A stretch of 64,000 bases of DNA from Paragordius varius (taxonomy: Eukaryota; Animalia; Nematomorpha), in contig OZ176055.1 in the NCBI GenBank assembly GCA_964247055.1, positions 806,001 through 870,000 on the forward strand. The letters run 5' to 3'. Each line of letters starts with the position of its first letter. Position 1 is the stretch's first letter. Shown piece after piece: positions 41,318 to 52,706 of the stretch. The notes beneath the pieces were generated by a model. That model had not been told where the DNA came from. It saw only the letters and a list, made by a program, of their open reading frames with translations, and ran no database searches. The position numbers and the translations under genes are program-made.

Positions 41318-44300
41318 GTAACAGATTGAAATTATGCAGACATAATGTAAAAATGTAGAAACAAATTTTTTTTTCAAAGGATCAATCCCTTGTTGTTAAT
41401 CATTTTTTTGAATATAAATTATTAAATTACATTTATAAAATATATATAATCGATAGATTGTGTAACCAATTTACATTTCGCTATTTCATACTTTGCAATC
41501 TAAAAAGTATTATTTAAAATTATCAAGTGTAAAAAATATAGCGGTCTTTTTAAAAAAATATATTTCTTTATGTTTTTACGTTTCGTCCGTATAAATTATA
41601 TTATATTTTTTACTGTATGTGTAGTAAAAAAAGATTGAACATTAAAATAATAAATTACCCATTAGAAAAAAAATTATATTAAATTTCAAATTAAAACTGC
41701 ATAGAAATATATTTTTTAAAACACCATAATCTTACAAAGTAATAATCATATAGGTAGAAAGAAAAAATAGACTTAAAATATGACGGTTTCTCTTTACAAA
41801 AATATTAGTTTTTATAATATTTTTATGTCTTTGCCATTTAAAATTTTTAATGATATAGGCCAACATTAATTTTTTTTACATTATTCATCAAATAATATAA
41901 AATAAAAAATGGTTTTAAGTGCAATGGTTAAATTTTCAAAAACTTTATTTCAAAAAAGATTATAAATGTAATTTACCATATTCAAGTTAATTTTAAAAGT
42001 CTATTATAAAAAATAAAATACCTCAATAAAATTTAAGGAACCAATCTTGAATGCTAAATGCATGAAATTGGCATAGACATACGTTGTGTTCAAAAATGAC
42101 AGTTTTTTATGAATCACCTTTCCTTGTATAATACATTTGGGTGTTTCTATTAATCGATAAACTAAACTATTTTCATTAATATTTTCATTTTGATTATTTT
42201 CATTATTGTAATAATATCCTGTGGGTGAATGTAATGGTATAAGGTAGGAATGTACATTTTGAGATGCTATAAAAAAATGTTGAAATAAAATAAAAAATTT
42301 CGAAGTCCTAAATAATTTCTGGGGTGTTTTATATAATTTTTTTGATTTTTACCCCCTATTTAACACTTCGATTCAAAGTGGGGCATCTAAATACCCCAGA
42401 CTAAATTTAAATTAATATTTTTGAAAAACTACTGAAGGAAACAGTCCCAATGTAAATTTATACTTCTATCCTGATCAAAATTATATATATAAAAGTCAAA
42501 TATCTAAATAAAAATTTTGTTTGGAAAAAAAAATTCCATGTGTCAAACTACTTTGACGCCATTTTTATTTTACAAAATTTTTGCAAAATATCGTGTTTAT
42601 TTGATTCAAAAACTAAACGTAATTGTTAATTTAAATTACATCTAATATTGATAGAAGTAGAAAAAGTGGTTTATTTTATATTATTTTCGATTTTACCATT
42701 GCACACATAATGTCACGTTGACCAAATTTTTACCTTCTTTCGGTTTTAGTTTAAACTTAGTATCAAGTATAAATTTTTCATTTCGGTTTATTAATGGTTA
42801 AAAGTTCAAAATTTTGCCATGGTTTCGATTCTTTCCATATGTTTTTCAAAGATTTTAATTTCAAATAGGCGTAGGGTATTTGAATACCCCAATTTGAATC
42901 AAAGGACTAAAAAATGAATGTGTTGTATCCAAGTGTTATTAGACAAGTTGATTACATTTATCATTAAAAAAAATTTTTTTATATAAAAGATTGTACCATA
43001 TTGTAAATGTTCATATTTAATGCAAGTCAACAATCCTTGAACCTCGTGATAAAAACTGCATAAATCCATGGCGGGTGAATTAGAAACATTCATATTCTTA
43101 CCAACTATTTCCATTTCGCCTAAAATTTTAAAGAAAAATAAAATGATCCATCATTGATTGATTGGTATAAAATAATTAAACAATCTTCTTGAATTTTAGA
43201 TTTAAATAATTTAATACAATATTGAATAATATAAGAAAAAGGATTTTATAAATATATACAAGGCGAAAAATAAAATGGAAAAAAACGAAATATATGTTTT
43301 TTAAAAAGAAAACTAATTTCCGAAATCTACCCTGATTTTTTGAATTTAAACCTATCGTTTAGGGTTTCAAAATTAGGGATACCTTAGAAAGTTAAACATA
43401 AGGGTATCATTTACAATTCGATCACCCACCAACAATTCAAATTTACCCTCAAATAAATTATATGTTTTTTAAGATTAAAAATTACCTATATATTTATATT
43501 TTCAAACATAATAAAAATGTTTATAAAAATAAAATAATACTGAAAAAAATTATAAACTAAAAGCCATAAGGATATATTTTATATTAATAATAAATTATAT
43601 TAGTTCGAAAACCAAATTTTATTTTTAGGGTGAATTTTGATTGTTCAATGGCGAAAAATTGTTCGATGGTGAATTTGAATTGTTCAAGGGTGAATTTAAA
43701 CTGTAAATGGTATAATATAAAATTTATATTGTAAAATTATGTGAAATTAAAATTCCAAACAATACCTATATTTCGGAATATATTTTCAATATTAAAATTA
43801 TATCTACATCAGCGATAAAAAAAAGCAAAATACATCCGGACCACCTTTATTCAAAAATATGATTTTTATTAAGTGAAATAATATTGATTTCTCTAAATTA
43901 AAAAATCTAATCTTTCACTACTATTTATAATTATTTTCCATTTTTAAATATAATAATTGTAGTCTCAAACAAACTTACTAACGAAAAAAGTTTAAAAAAC
44001 GAATTTATTACGAAATATTTTGAAAAGTAAAAAGAAAATAAAAACTTGAAATATGGTTATCACAGCAAGCCTGCCATAACTTAAACGTAGCTAAATCCTG
44101 TTCATTCAAAGCTTTTGATTGTGGTTGTTGATTAGTTTCTTTGTGTAAAAAGGTGTCAGTATTTTCTTCAGAGCTACTTTCAAAAGAGGATTTACTAAGA
44201 GTTTCAACATCAATGCCAAAATAAATGAAACGTGAAGGAAAGGTAGGTATAAGGGTATTATGTAAGGCTTGATCATAACAACACACTGGTTGATATTTGA

Positions 44301-47300
44301 AAGATTGTGTAGTTTGATAATTAAAGGAGGATTGATTAGATTTTACGTAATGCGTAAGTTGAAATTTAAGACGGGCGCAATTACCCTCAATTATAACGTA
44401 TCTAATGATATAATACCATTTACAGTTTAAATTCACCCTCAAACAATTCAAATTCACCCTTGAACAATTCAAATTCACCTTTGAAAAATTCAAATTTACC
44501 CTTGAACAATTCAAATTTACCCTAAAAATATATTATGTGTTTTCGAACAAATATGACTCATTATGAATATGAAATGTATCTTTATAGCACAGTTTATTAT
44601 TTTTTCAGTATTACTTTATATTAAACAATTTTTTCTAAATATTTAAAAATATACGTAATTTTTAATCTAAAAATGCGTATATTTAATTTGAGAGTGATTT
44701 GAATGGTTCAAGGGTGAATTTGAATTGTGTAAGGGGTGAATTTGAATTGAAATATAGCTAAGAATCGAAAAAATAAGAAAACTACAGAAAATTAAAACTG
44801 ATTATTATAAAAGACTAACATAGAGATGTTATAAAACATAAAATTTGACAAATTAAAAGCATAATAAATATATAACATAAATGTAGGCGTTTGATACAGT
44901 AAAAATTACACGGACAAAACGTAAATATATAAAGACAAATATTTTTATCTAAAAAAGACAACCAAACTTTTTAATACCATAATTTTTCTCATATAAGGTA
45001 TTTTAAAACAATGAGTTGGATTGAAATAAATCATGATTTAAAAAGTATCGTTGTCTTTTAGAAAAGCATATTTATCATATCACGTTTTGTACGTTTAAAT
45101 GTTGTAATTTTTATTTAAAAAAATATTATAAATAAATTTATGACAATAAACAATTAATTTAGCAAAATTATAAAATATCCTGTATTTGATAATATAAAAT
45201 TAAATTTTTTTTTAATTTTTTCAAAATATTTCATACGAAAAAAAGAGAAATATATTTTAATATTTAAAAAATATAGAGGTAAAAATAAAAAATACACTTA
45301 TGAAAAATAATGAATTATATAACAATTCTCCAAATTATTTTAAAAAAGAAAACTAACCTATAATCTCTTCGGGCTTGTTCAAGTGTACATGGACATTCTT
45401 CAAAAATTCGTTGAGTGTTTAAAGAAACATTAAATGGTCGCTTGTATTCAACAAATAAATTGCGACAAGTGTCACCAAAATCTGACAGGACCGGAATGGT
45501 GTAATGATAAAGACCGATCTGACCTAATACACGAAATTTATTATAGAAATTTTTGTTTATAAAATAAACCACGCATTCTATAATATGTAAATTTTAATGT
45601 AATAAATTTATTATTCGTAATTTATTGAATAATAATAATTGTTTCAAACATCTTATTTATTTTCATCGGGTCTTAATTAAAAAAACTAAATATATTATTT
45701 ATTACTTTAAATTTTCAGGTGTTAATTTTTGAGTTTCATAAAAAAATTTAATAAACCATGTTATATATAATTATCTTTTTACTAGACACAAAATGTTTAA
45801 AAACATTCATTGTTTACTTTTTAAAATTGTTAATTAACTGAATTGTATAAAACCAATTTAATATATATAAAAAAATATTAATTTATCTTTTTTTCTAACC
45901 ACAAATCAACTACTTTATCGTATATAACTCATTATTTATATGAAATATATCTTTATGTGCATAGTTTATTATATTTTTTCAGTATTATTTGGAACTTACA
46001 AAAACATTTCATTTTTATTAAAAATATAAAAAATTATAGATGAAATTAATCTTAAAAAACATATAGTTTCAAAATACATAATTTATTTTAGAAAACCTGT
46101 ATTTCCTGGGACTTTTGCTATCCAATACGCATCACTAATGTGCGTTATATTGGTCCAAAATAGGGTCCAAGGACGCCCCCCTTTCAAATGGTCAAAAAGT
46201 GTGAAACCAATCAATACGTTTGCTATTGAAGGATTTTGTAATCCAAGCATACCCACGGGATCGCCACCATTATTATTCCACATGCTCGGAAAATAATGAA
46301 AAAAGATGTGAAAACTACTGCTGCTGCCTTTCCCCCCAAAAACTAGCACGGTTTGAAACGTTAATTTTACGGGGGACTGTTTAAGTAAAATTTAAAATAA
46401 AGTTGTTTTTGATATTTACATACTGTGTGAGTAATTAACTATACATTGCAAGTCAATCATTAAATAGTGCCGGACTTTAAGTGATTCTATTGGCTAGAAA
46501 GAATATCTTTTTAGTTTCATATCTCATTAAATATTTTTACTTTATACTTTAAATTTTAGTTTATATTTTAATTTTATTTTTTACGTTAGACCAAGATTAC
46601 GCGTAGTAATCAAAAATCATATAACAAAATCATATAATTTTAACTGAATTATAATTGCAATATAATAAAATGCATATACTTTATATGAACAATCTGATTC
46701 TTATAGCTACTTATTTTAAATGCTATTTAACATAATTAATGAAAAAATAGCAATGTACAGTTATTGACACAGTTTTGAATGTATCAAATTGTTATAATGA
46801 TGTTTTCAGTACTTTTAAAGGGATACGAGTCATTTAAGAAAGTTTATCAATCAGATTTCAAATTTAGCCAAATTCTAAATGGGCAAAATTCTCTGCACAT
46901 TATGTTATTATATATCTTTTGGGAAGAGAAGCCAAAAATAATTATAATAAAAGTAATGTTAAAATACTGCAAAAGTGTTCCGAGTAGGGTACGGTGTAAC
47001 ATTTTTCCATGTGACCACAAGCACAAATCGTGGTTTAATCAAATCTTTAACAGAGGCTCCACCCAACATTTGAGATATTTTAGCGCTAGATTTAAAAGTA
47101 CAAAATTATTAATTTTATTAATAATTTAAATTTGAAAGAGAAAATTAAAAAAGAAAAAGATATACTTTTTTTCTATATAAAATAATTTTTTATTTAACTC
47201 ATGTGATTACAATTGTTAAAACTATAAAACTGAACATCTCAATTCCTTATATCGCAACCCAAATCAAAAGGTCTAAAAAATATGGTTTTACTTTAAAAAA

Positions 47301-50300
47301 ATTAGAGTTTACTTTTTAAGTTTTGCATTTAATAATACAATTATATCAATATTTTCGCAAAAACGTAAAGACATTTTTACTAAAAAAGATCACTGTAAAA
47401 CTTAATTATTTAAATATAACTTATTGTTTTGATATATAAAGTATAGAAATTAGAAATGGAAATTGCCAACAGACAATATTACATATTTTAAAATGCTTAT
47501 TAATTCATTTATATAGGAAAAATTAGGGTTTAAAAAATATGGGGATAGTTATTTTCTTTTGAAAAAAAATATAATTTCTTGAAAGTTTTTACGTTTTATC
47601 ACGTATAATTCCCTTCTTTACTATCTCTTACTTTATATAATCAGGTATTCCGGGTTGACAGACCCCTTCATCCGTTTGTCGATTCAATCGTTTATGAGGA
47701 TTCATCTCATTATTTTCCTTGTCAATATTCTTGACTTCAGAGGCGCGTTTTTTCGTTTTTATTATGTTGGTTGGGGCACTTTTTTCAACTATTTGACTTG
47801 GGGGAGGGCTTTCATTTTCTGAACTTTGACGTTTTTTCCGTTGTTGACGAGTTTGGGCATTTTGATTATCATTAATAATGTCATCATCAGTATTTTGGCA
47901 AATTTCTTCTGTATATTCATCATCGGAGCTGCTTGGTAAAGAATCATGTAAGGAACGTTTTTGAACGGGCGTAATAGCCAAATTTTCAGCTGGCTTGGAA
48001 CTTTTGACATTTTTTCCAATTTTAGCGCTTTTAACAAATCTTTCTGTCGTGATTTCTTCGTCTACTACACCTTCTCGATTATCATTTTCATTTTCTCCAG
48101 GGTCTGAGTTCCTATTATTATTGTTGATTGATTTTTTTAGTGTGGTGGTTCTTTTTTTCATCAATGATGTTGGTTTTGGTGAAGAAGGAAGCAATTTTTC
48201 ACTATTTTGGTTGTTTTCTTGAGCTTTGGGCATAAAGGGCGTAGTATTCATTTGAGGAATAAAACTGGAAAGTATTTCATCACTGTTTGCCGGACTAAAA
48301 TTTTGATTGGAATTTCGTTGTTGCATGTCATCATCAATCAAACTTTGCTGTTTTGTTTTATCGCCTTTTTGCATAGGTGTAAAAAGTGTGTTGGGTAATG
48401 TTGAAACTCTTAAATTCAATAAAGACTGTGTCATCTCCGTAGTAGAGTATGTAGTATTTTTACTTTCTTCTTTCAACCCTTTTTCTGGAATATTTTTAGG
48501 GGTTTGATTTTTAACATCCATCAACGTTTGTTGATAATTTTTATTCGGGGTGTTTTGTTTGCTGATGAATGGTACAATAGTTTGCGAATCTACATAACAT
48601 TGCCAAAAAGTACCGCTATTTTTTTCATTCCCATTGTCTGGGTCTGATGGAGGGTCCGTTTGTTTTTGTTGCATATTACGACCTGAAACCGAAATTGGTA
48701 TTAAATCGGTCCAAAATGGTGCAATTATACTTAGTTTTTCAAGCGCCGCCGCACTAGAAGAATTAACATACGCAAAAGATTGATTTTGTCGTTTTTGTAT
48801 TATGTCGGGGGCTAAGTTTTGTTGCACACTTAGATTCAAGATTGGGTTTGGTAAATTGATAGCTTCATTGATTGAGATGTAACCATTTGTAGATATCTAA
48901 ACGATATATATATATATAATATAAATTTTCGGTTAAAACAGTAGCATCTGGTTAAAAAGAACAAATAGCAATTAAATTGATTCGCCCTTCCTATGTTTCA
49001 ACATAATTTTGACGCTTTAATTATGGACGAAACCCAATTACAGACCATACGCTGCTGTAAAAAGTGATATTAAAAATTTGAAAAAATATATACATATAAA
49101 TCGTGTATTATGTGCCCATTTATGTGTATGCTTTGCCCAAAATTGATAGGGACTCGCGCAATTTCGTCATCTGACAACATGGAATGTGGGGGCGTATATT
49201 TTCCCGTGGAACTATCATCATTATACCACAAATCAATCCAACTTGAATCTAATTAAGAAAAAAATGTAAAATAAAAATAATTATTTTCATCAAAATATTA
49301 TGCTTTAATGCAGGCGTGTCCAACAGGCGACCCTGGTAAAATTTGTAAATGTTATCATAATTTGCAAAAATATGAAAATCTTATCAAAATTGATATTTTA
49401 CAAACAATTATCTAAATAAGTCAATCCCATTGTCAAGGACTAGAAAAACAAATGTTTTATTATGTTTGTATTTCATAGTTTTCTGTTTAAATTCCTAATA
49501 AATTATTTATGAATATCCATATATATATATCGAATTTTTTGAGTTAAAAATGCGACCTACGATCACGATTTCGTTAAAGATAAAGAATTTTTAATTTCAC
49601 TTTTTTTATTAGTTTTTTTATGACAAAAGTTTATAAATATTGCCATTAACAATGCAATCCAACACACGTCATGACAGGATACCAAGAGAGTCCTTGACAA
49701 AAGCAGCCATCTATCTATTTATCTATTAACTAAACCTAAATTGATATCTATTGATAAAAACTAAGGTATCAAATACAGTATTTCATTATTTTGAGTAATC
49801 ATTTATTACACAAAGATAAAATTGCATTCATTTATTTAGGGCTCTGATAAAATTTCAGTGGATTAAAAGGCATAATTATTTAACCATTTGTAACTTAACT
49901 TTTGTTAGACATTTGAAACGAATGCGGTAAAAATTCATAAATTTAAACATATGACTCTGTTTCAAAAAATTTAAATATTAAACAATGTTTTGTGTTCGAA
50001 TAATTGTAAAATACTTAATTGAACAGATATTTACAGACAAGATTTTGGGTAACGTGGTGTGTTCGTTTCTAAAAAAACTTTGTTTTCAAAAAAATATACA
50101 TTATATCAAAGATGAATAATATAATATTGTATATATATATATATATATAATTGAATGATATAAAATTGATATTAAGTCAAGGTTTTATAATACATATTCA
50201 ATAAAGTTTTTTTTCATTACAAGCAATTCTAACCTCCATATCTGGGTTTTTTCCCGTTTTCCGCACCACGAATTGGGCCAAACAGGCTTAGAAGACAGTA

Positions 50301-50351
50301 TAGGACACCAGGTAAGAATAAAAAATGAATTTTTTTGCGCAATGTTATCAT
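19180..50351 (-). CDS. MUC4/SUSD2/Mesh-family type I membrane protein (SP-NIDO-AMOP-vWD-EGF array-SEA-like-2 cbEGF-TM-tail), about 2290 aa, 30 exons
   Basis: Exons: 50351-50234, 49248-49094, 48896-47632, 47085-46968, 46376-46097, 45523-45358, 44401-44046, 43119-42997, 42266-42022, 40946-40794, 39999-39786, 39115-38910, 38562-38367, 37664-37511, 36171-35928, 35126-35017, 34601-34519, 33638-33504, 33177-33040, 31670-31518, 30075-29914, 28601-28467, 27108-26974, 26457-26303, 25395-25207, 24845-23957, 23040-22894, 21369-21235, 20437-20332, 19387-19180. All introns are GT-AG and phase-compatible; total 6873 nt with no internal stop. Motifs: LY|[35 protein letters not shown] (NIDO); [18 protein letters not shown] (AMOP); repeated DIDEC cbEGF; [27 protein letters not shown]. 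Individual splice sites may be off in a few exons. Confidence 0.88.
19585..19865. mobile_element. R3 palindromic TA-MITE (family representative; about 18 copies between 19585 and 55520)
   Basis: TIR CAGTAAAAATTGAAATTATACGGACAAAACGTAAAAATATAAAGAC. Other copies (approximate): 20777-21067, 23114-23391, 25994-26262, 26630-26820, 27230-27505, 28620-28893, 31780-32095, 32690-32945, 36389-36665, 37190-37472, 38590-38824, 40057-40455, 41322-41615, 44897-45105, 47300-47622, 53194-53443, 55256-55520. Confidence 0.85.
20332..20437 (-). CDS. Transmembrane exon 29 of the MUC4-like gene
   Basis: [35 protein letters not shown]; phases match exons 28 and 30. Not in the ORF track. Confidence 0.85.
20777..21067. 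mobile_element. R3 MITE
   Basis: TA|CAGTTAAAATTG...TTTTAACTG|TA. Confidence 0.85.
21512..21856. mobile_element. R4 foldback-type element (TIRs made of tandem 21-bp units AACAATTCAAATTCACCCTTG)
   Basis: TA|CCATTTACAGTTCAAATT...ATGG|TA. Family copies: 28097-28430, 35173-35480, 39254-39588, 41013-41282, 43407-43710, 44416-44750, 55770-56119; partial 25760-25900. Confidence 0.85.
21950..22070 (-). repeat. Possible tRNA-derived SINE fragment (related piece at about 1940-1980)
   Basis: GC-rich island with a B-box-like GGGTTCTAACTCCG; shares CACTGTCAATTA with 1949-1960. Confidence 0.25.
25591..25756. mobile_element. R1 MITE
   Basis: TA|CAGTATGC...GCATACTG|TA. Confidence 0.85.
25994..26262. mobile_element. 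R3 MITE
   Basis: Both TIRs present, TA flanks. Confidence 0.8.
27230..27505. mobile_element. R3 MITE
   Basis: Both TIRs present. Confidence 0.8.
28097..28430. mobile_element. R4 foldback-type element
   Basis: 21-bp subrepeats in inverted orientation at the two ends. Confidence 0.8.
30230..30900 (+). mobile_element. Penelope-like retroelement 3' relic (GIY-YIG endonuclease end plus 3' region), in intron 20 of the MUC4-like gene, antisense
   Basis: Frameshifted [33 protein letters not shown]...[14 protein letters not shown] is typical of PLE GIY-YIG domains. Confidence 0.85.
30822..30875 (+). ncRNA. Degenerate type-I hammerhead ribozyme-like motif of the Penelope relic
   Basis: CTGAGGA (30832-38), extra C, stem II GGACAT/GTGTCC, GAAAC, then GTA. 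Stem III is one base short of an ACCGGT palindrome and stem I is poor. Confidence 0.5.
34211..34439. mobile_element. R2 MITE, second copy
   Basis: Colinear with 18036-18269; the right end runs into (TA)n. Confidence 0.85.
35173..35480. mobile_element. R4 foldback-type element
   Basis: TCATTTACAATTCAAATT...AATTTGAATTGTAAATGG. Confidence 0.85.
36848..36901. repeat. (TA)n microsatellite, longest in the window (others near 18891, 20585, 29215, 34437, 40025, 40977, 41285, 50070, 53800, 62360; (GT)n at 3419-3439)
   Basis: Read directly from the sequence. Confidence 0.95.
36996..37170. mobile_element. R1 MITE (ends decayed)
   Basis: Core GGCAATTTGCAACAC..GTGTATGGAAAAA and its inverse. Confidence 0.7.
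37810..37992. mobile_element. R1 MITE
   Basis: TA|CAGTATGC...GCATACTG|TA. Confidence 0.85.
39254..39588. mobile_element. R4 foldback-type element
   Basis: TA|CCATTTAC...GTAAATGG|TA. Confidence 0.8.
40057..40455. mobile_element. R3 MITE with a duplicated left end
   Basis: Two left-TIR segments (about 40057 and 40165) and one right TIR. Confidence 0.8.
41013..41282. mobile_element. R4 foldback-type element
   Basis: Flanked by (TA)n on both sides. Confidence 0.8.
42364..42935. mobile_element. R5 piggyBac-type MITE, copy 2
   Basis: Colinear with copy 1; TTAA left, TTAT right; in intron 8 of the MUC4-like gene. Confidence 0.85.
43407..43710. mobile_element. R4 foldback-type element
   Basis: TA|TCATTTAC...GTAAATGG|TA. 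Confidence 0.8.
44416..44750. mobile_element. R4 foldback-type element
   Basis: About five 21-bp units in the left arm; ends 12 nt from the exon-7 acceptor AG. Confidence 0.8.
46097..49248 (-). other. NIDO domain exons 2-5, split by an about 315-aa low-complexity insert
   Basis: NIDO motifs lie on both sides of an S/T/N/Q/K/E/D-rich stretch in the 1265-nt exon 3. Confidence 0.8.
50234..50351 (-). CDS. Exon 1 of the MUC4-like gene (signal peptide)
   Basis: [33 protein letters not shown]: basic N-region, hydrophobic core, small-residue cleavage region; donor G|GTTAGA. Confidence 0.8.
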
Positions 50352-51906
50352 TTCAATCACACATATGCAAAAAATATTTATATATAATCGGGATTTGTGA
50401 AACTAAGTTTTATTTAAAACTAAAAATAGATCGTATGCATTTTTTCCATTGATATTTCTTTCAGTTACCTTAAACAAAGGTGGTTATGTATGTATTTTAA
50501 ATAGGGCATATAGACTCAATAATTTGAATATTACATAAAAGTTATGTTAAAATTGGATAAAACATGCATATATGCAATGCAGTTAAAAAGCCATAAATAA
50601 GTTGAAAAAAAAACACTTTTTTATGGTGCTAAAAATTTTTATTTTCATAAATCAATCAATCTCATGTTTAAAAAATTAAAAAGTTTTTATTTGTAGAAAT
50701 ATAAAAAAGGAAGGAAATACCGCCGCTTTTTTTACACGAACATACATATACAGGTAAAAATTTGTTCAAATACACATGAGAAAATCAAGGCAGGCAAATT
50801 TTCATTATAAATGTATATATATAACGTATAAGGTAAAACCTATAACCCTCATTTTTTTGTGTATAGTTATGTAGGTATTTAGCTATAGTTTATATATCAA
50901 CAAGTGTGTTGATTTTACGATATATTTATTATAAAAAAAAATTGGAAATAAAAAGCTGGCTGGCTGCTGCTTGTTTTCTGATTGGCAATATCGATTTTTA
51001 TGGCCCTTTTTTTGCGTGTAAAATCAATTTAACTTTTATCATTTTTTGATAATTAAAAAAGTTTTTCACGCGCAGATATTAAAACATAAAATACTCTACC
51101 TAATCGATATACATTGTTTAATATACGTTTTTTAGACACCATATCACAAAAATGAGTAATTAAACAAATACGTAATTTGATACGATTAACCTTGAAGTGT
51201 CAGTCCGGGATTAAAAGGATTACGGGGACACTTGTTTATGGGTTAGTTTTGATTAATAAAAATATTTTTTGACCTTTGGCCCCCTTTCCACACAAAAATA
51301 ACTTCGAAATACGTAGTCTTGTAGATAAAAATAAAAAATAAGCTATCACGGAATTTCTGGAAATCGTTTTATTTTTTTTGATCTCGCTCACATTTTTTTT
51401 GTAATCGTTTAAATTAATATAAGAGCACTATTAAGAGTCAAATCTGTATTTTATATGGCTAATAGGGTATTTAATTTTCATAGCAGTGCCCATAAGATTT
51501 TTCGTTTTTATAGTTACATCTTTGAAAATTGTGGACAATAAATACAGTTATTTGATATAACTAATAAAAACAAAAAATTACTACACGGAAACATAAAATT
51601 AATATCCTTTCGGTCATATAAAATACAGATATAACTTTTAATAGTGGTTACTGTACAATTGTAATAGCCTTAATTTATTCAAAATAGCCCATTAAAAATG
51701 TCCTAATATATTTGTTATTAAAAAAATGTATAAAGCCAGATACTAATTAAGTAATCATGCTATTCATAGATGCCTTTGTTTAAGCCAGAAAGAATCACTT
51801 GTAAATTAAATGTTTGGCAAACATAAAGAATTAATTAAATCTAATTGGCTGAATCGCTCTTATGAATAAATAAATTATAGACGTATTTGAAATGTGTCTA
51901 AACATA

Positions 51907-52706
51907 CTGGGTGTAGTCATTCATTACCGGTTTAACAAAAAAAGGAGAAAAAAAATGCAGACGATTAATTTGGACGCCATTTTGCCCATCTAACATGACA
52001 AACCCACACAAGTTAAGTTCCCCTAAAACTAGCGTCATACTTTTATCATTTAGTAATCATATCGTATTTTATTCCTGTATAAAACATTTGCGGCACGCAT
52101 TGCTATCAAAAAGTCATAAGTTTGCCAGGACAAAATTAAACATGCTTCATCGATTGAAACATAGTTAAAAGTCTAAAAGTTGTGGTTTCAATGTGAAAGA
52201 CACGCTGTAGTAGACCACGCAACTACAATGGCGATCAAATGCAGAGTTATTGAATGATGGCCTAACTGAAACTTACCGGCAATTGGCCGAAGCATTAAAT
52301 GTCTCACAAATTACAATCATTAGACGTCTCTACAAGCAATGAAAACGACCAATAAACTCATTAAATCTACACAATTATAATGAACGTCAAATCTAAAATC
52401 GTAAAGTGATATCTGATTCGTCACGAAAGGAAAGTGTTTTTGCACCGAATTGTGACGGGTGATAAAATGTAAATTTTGTAAATCCAAATCGAAATTTGCG
52501 TAACCAATAATTTTGAAGACGTTGAAAAATGTGCCGCAAAAGACAATCAGTTTTTCGGGCACGCATTCATATGTTGCGAAAGAGATGGGCAATATGTAGA
52601 AGCCGATGGACAATATTTTCCATAAAATAAATAATTTATATCCTTTAAAAACTACGTGGTAGTTTCTTTTACCAAAAAACCGGTAAAGACTTATAATTAC
52701 ATCTGA
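51907..52706 (+). mobile_element. Internally deleted, decayed mariner (Mos1-like) transposon
   Basis: Broken transposase fragments KHLRHALL, YRQLAEALNVSQITIIRRL, RKVFLHRIVTGD and DGQYVE. Imperfect TIRs (CTGGGTGTAGTC..TTACCGGTTT / reverse complement TCAGATGTAATT..TTACCGGTTT) flanked by TA. Confidence 0.85.

Larger units (their letters stand above)
42997..45523 (-). other. AMOP domain exons 6-8
   Basis: [11 protein letters not shown]...VCCYD...WQACCD...LCSFY...TCIKY cysteine pattern. Confidence 0.8.

Noticed and set aside
47789-48507. ORFs 47789-48037, 47995-48222, 48207-48398, 48307-48507
   Set aside because: Alternative-frame or antisense shadows of MUC4-like exon 3.
52320-52613. 97-aa minus ORF
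   Set aside because: Antisense to the mariner relic.
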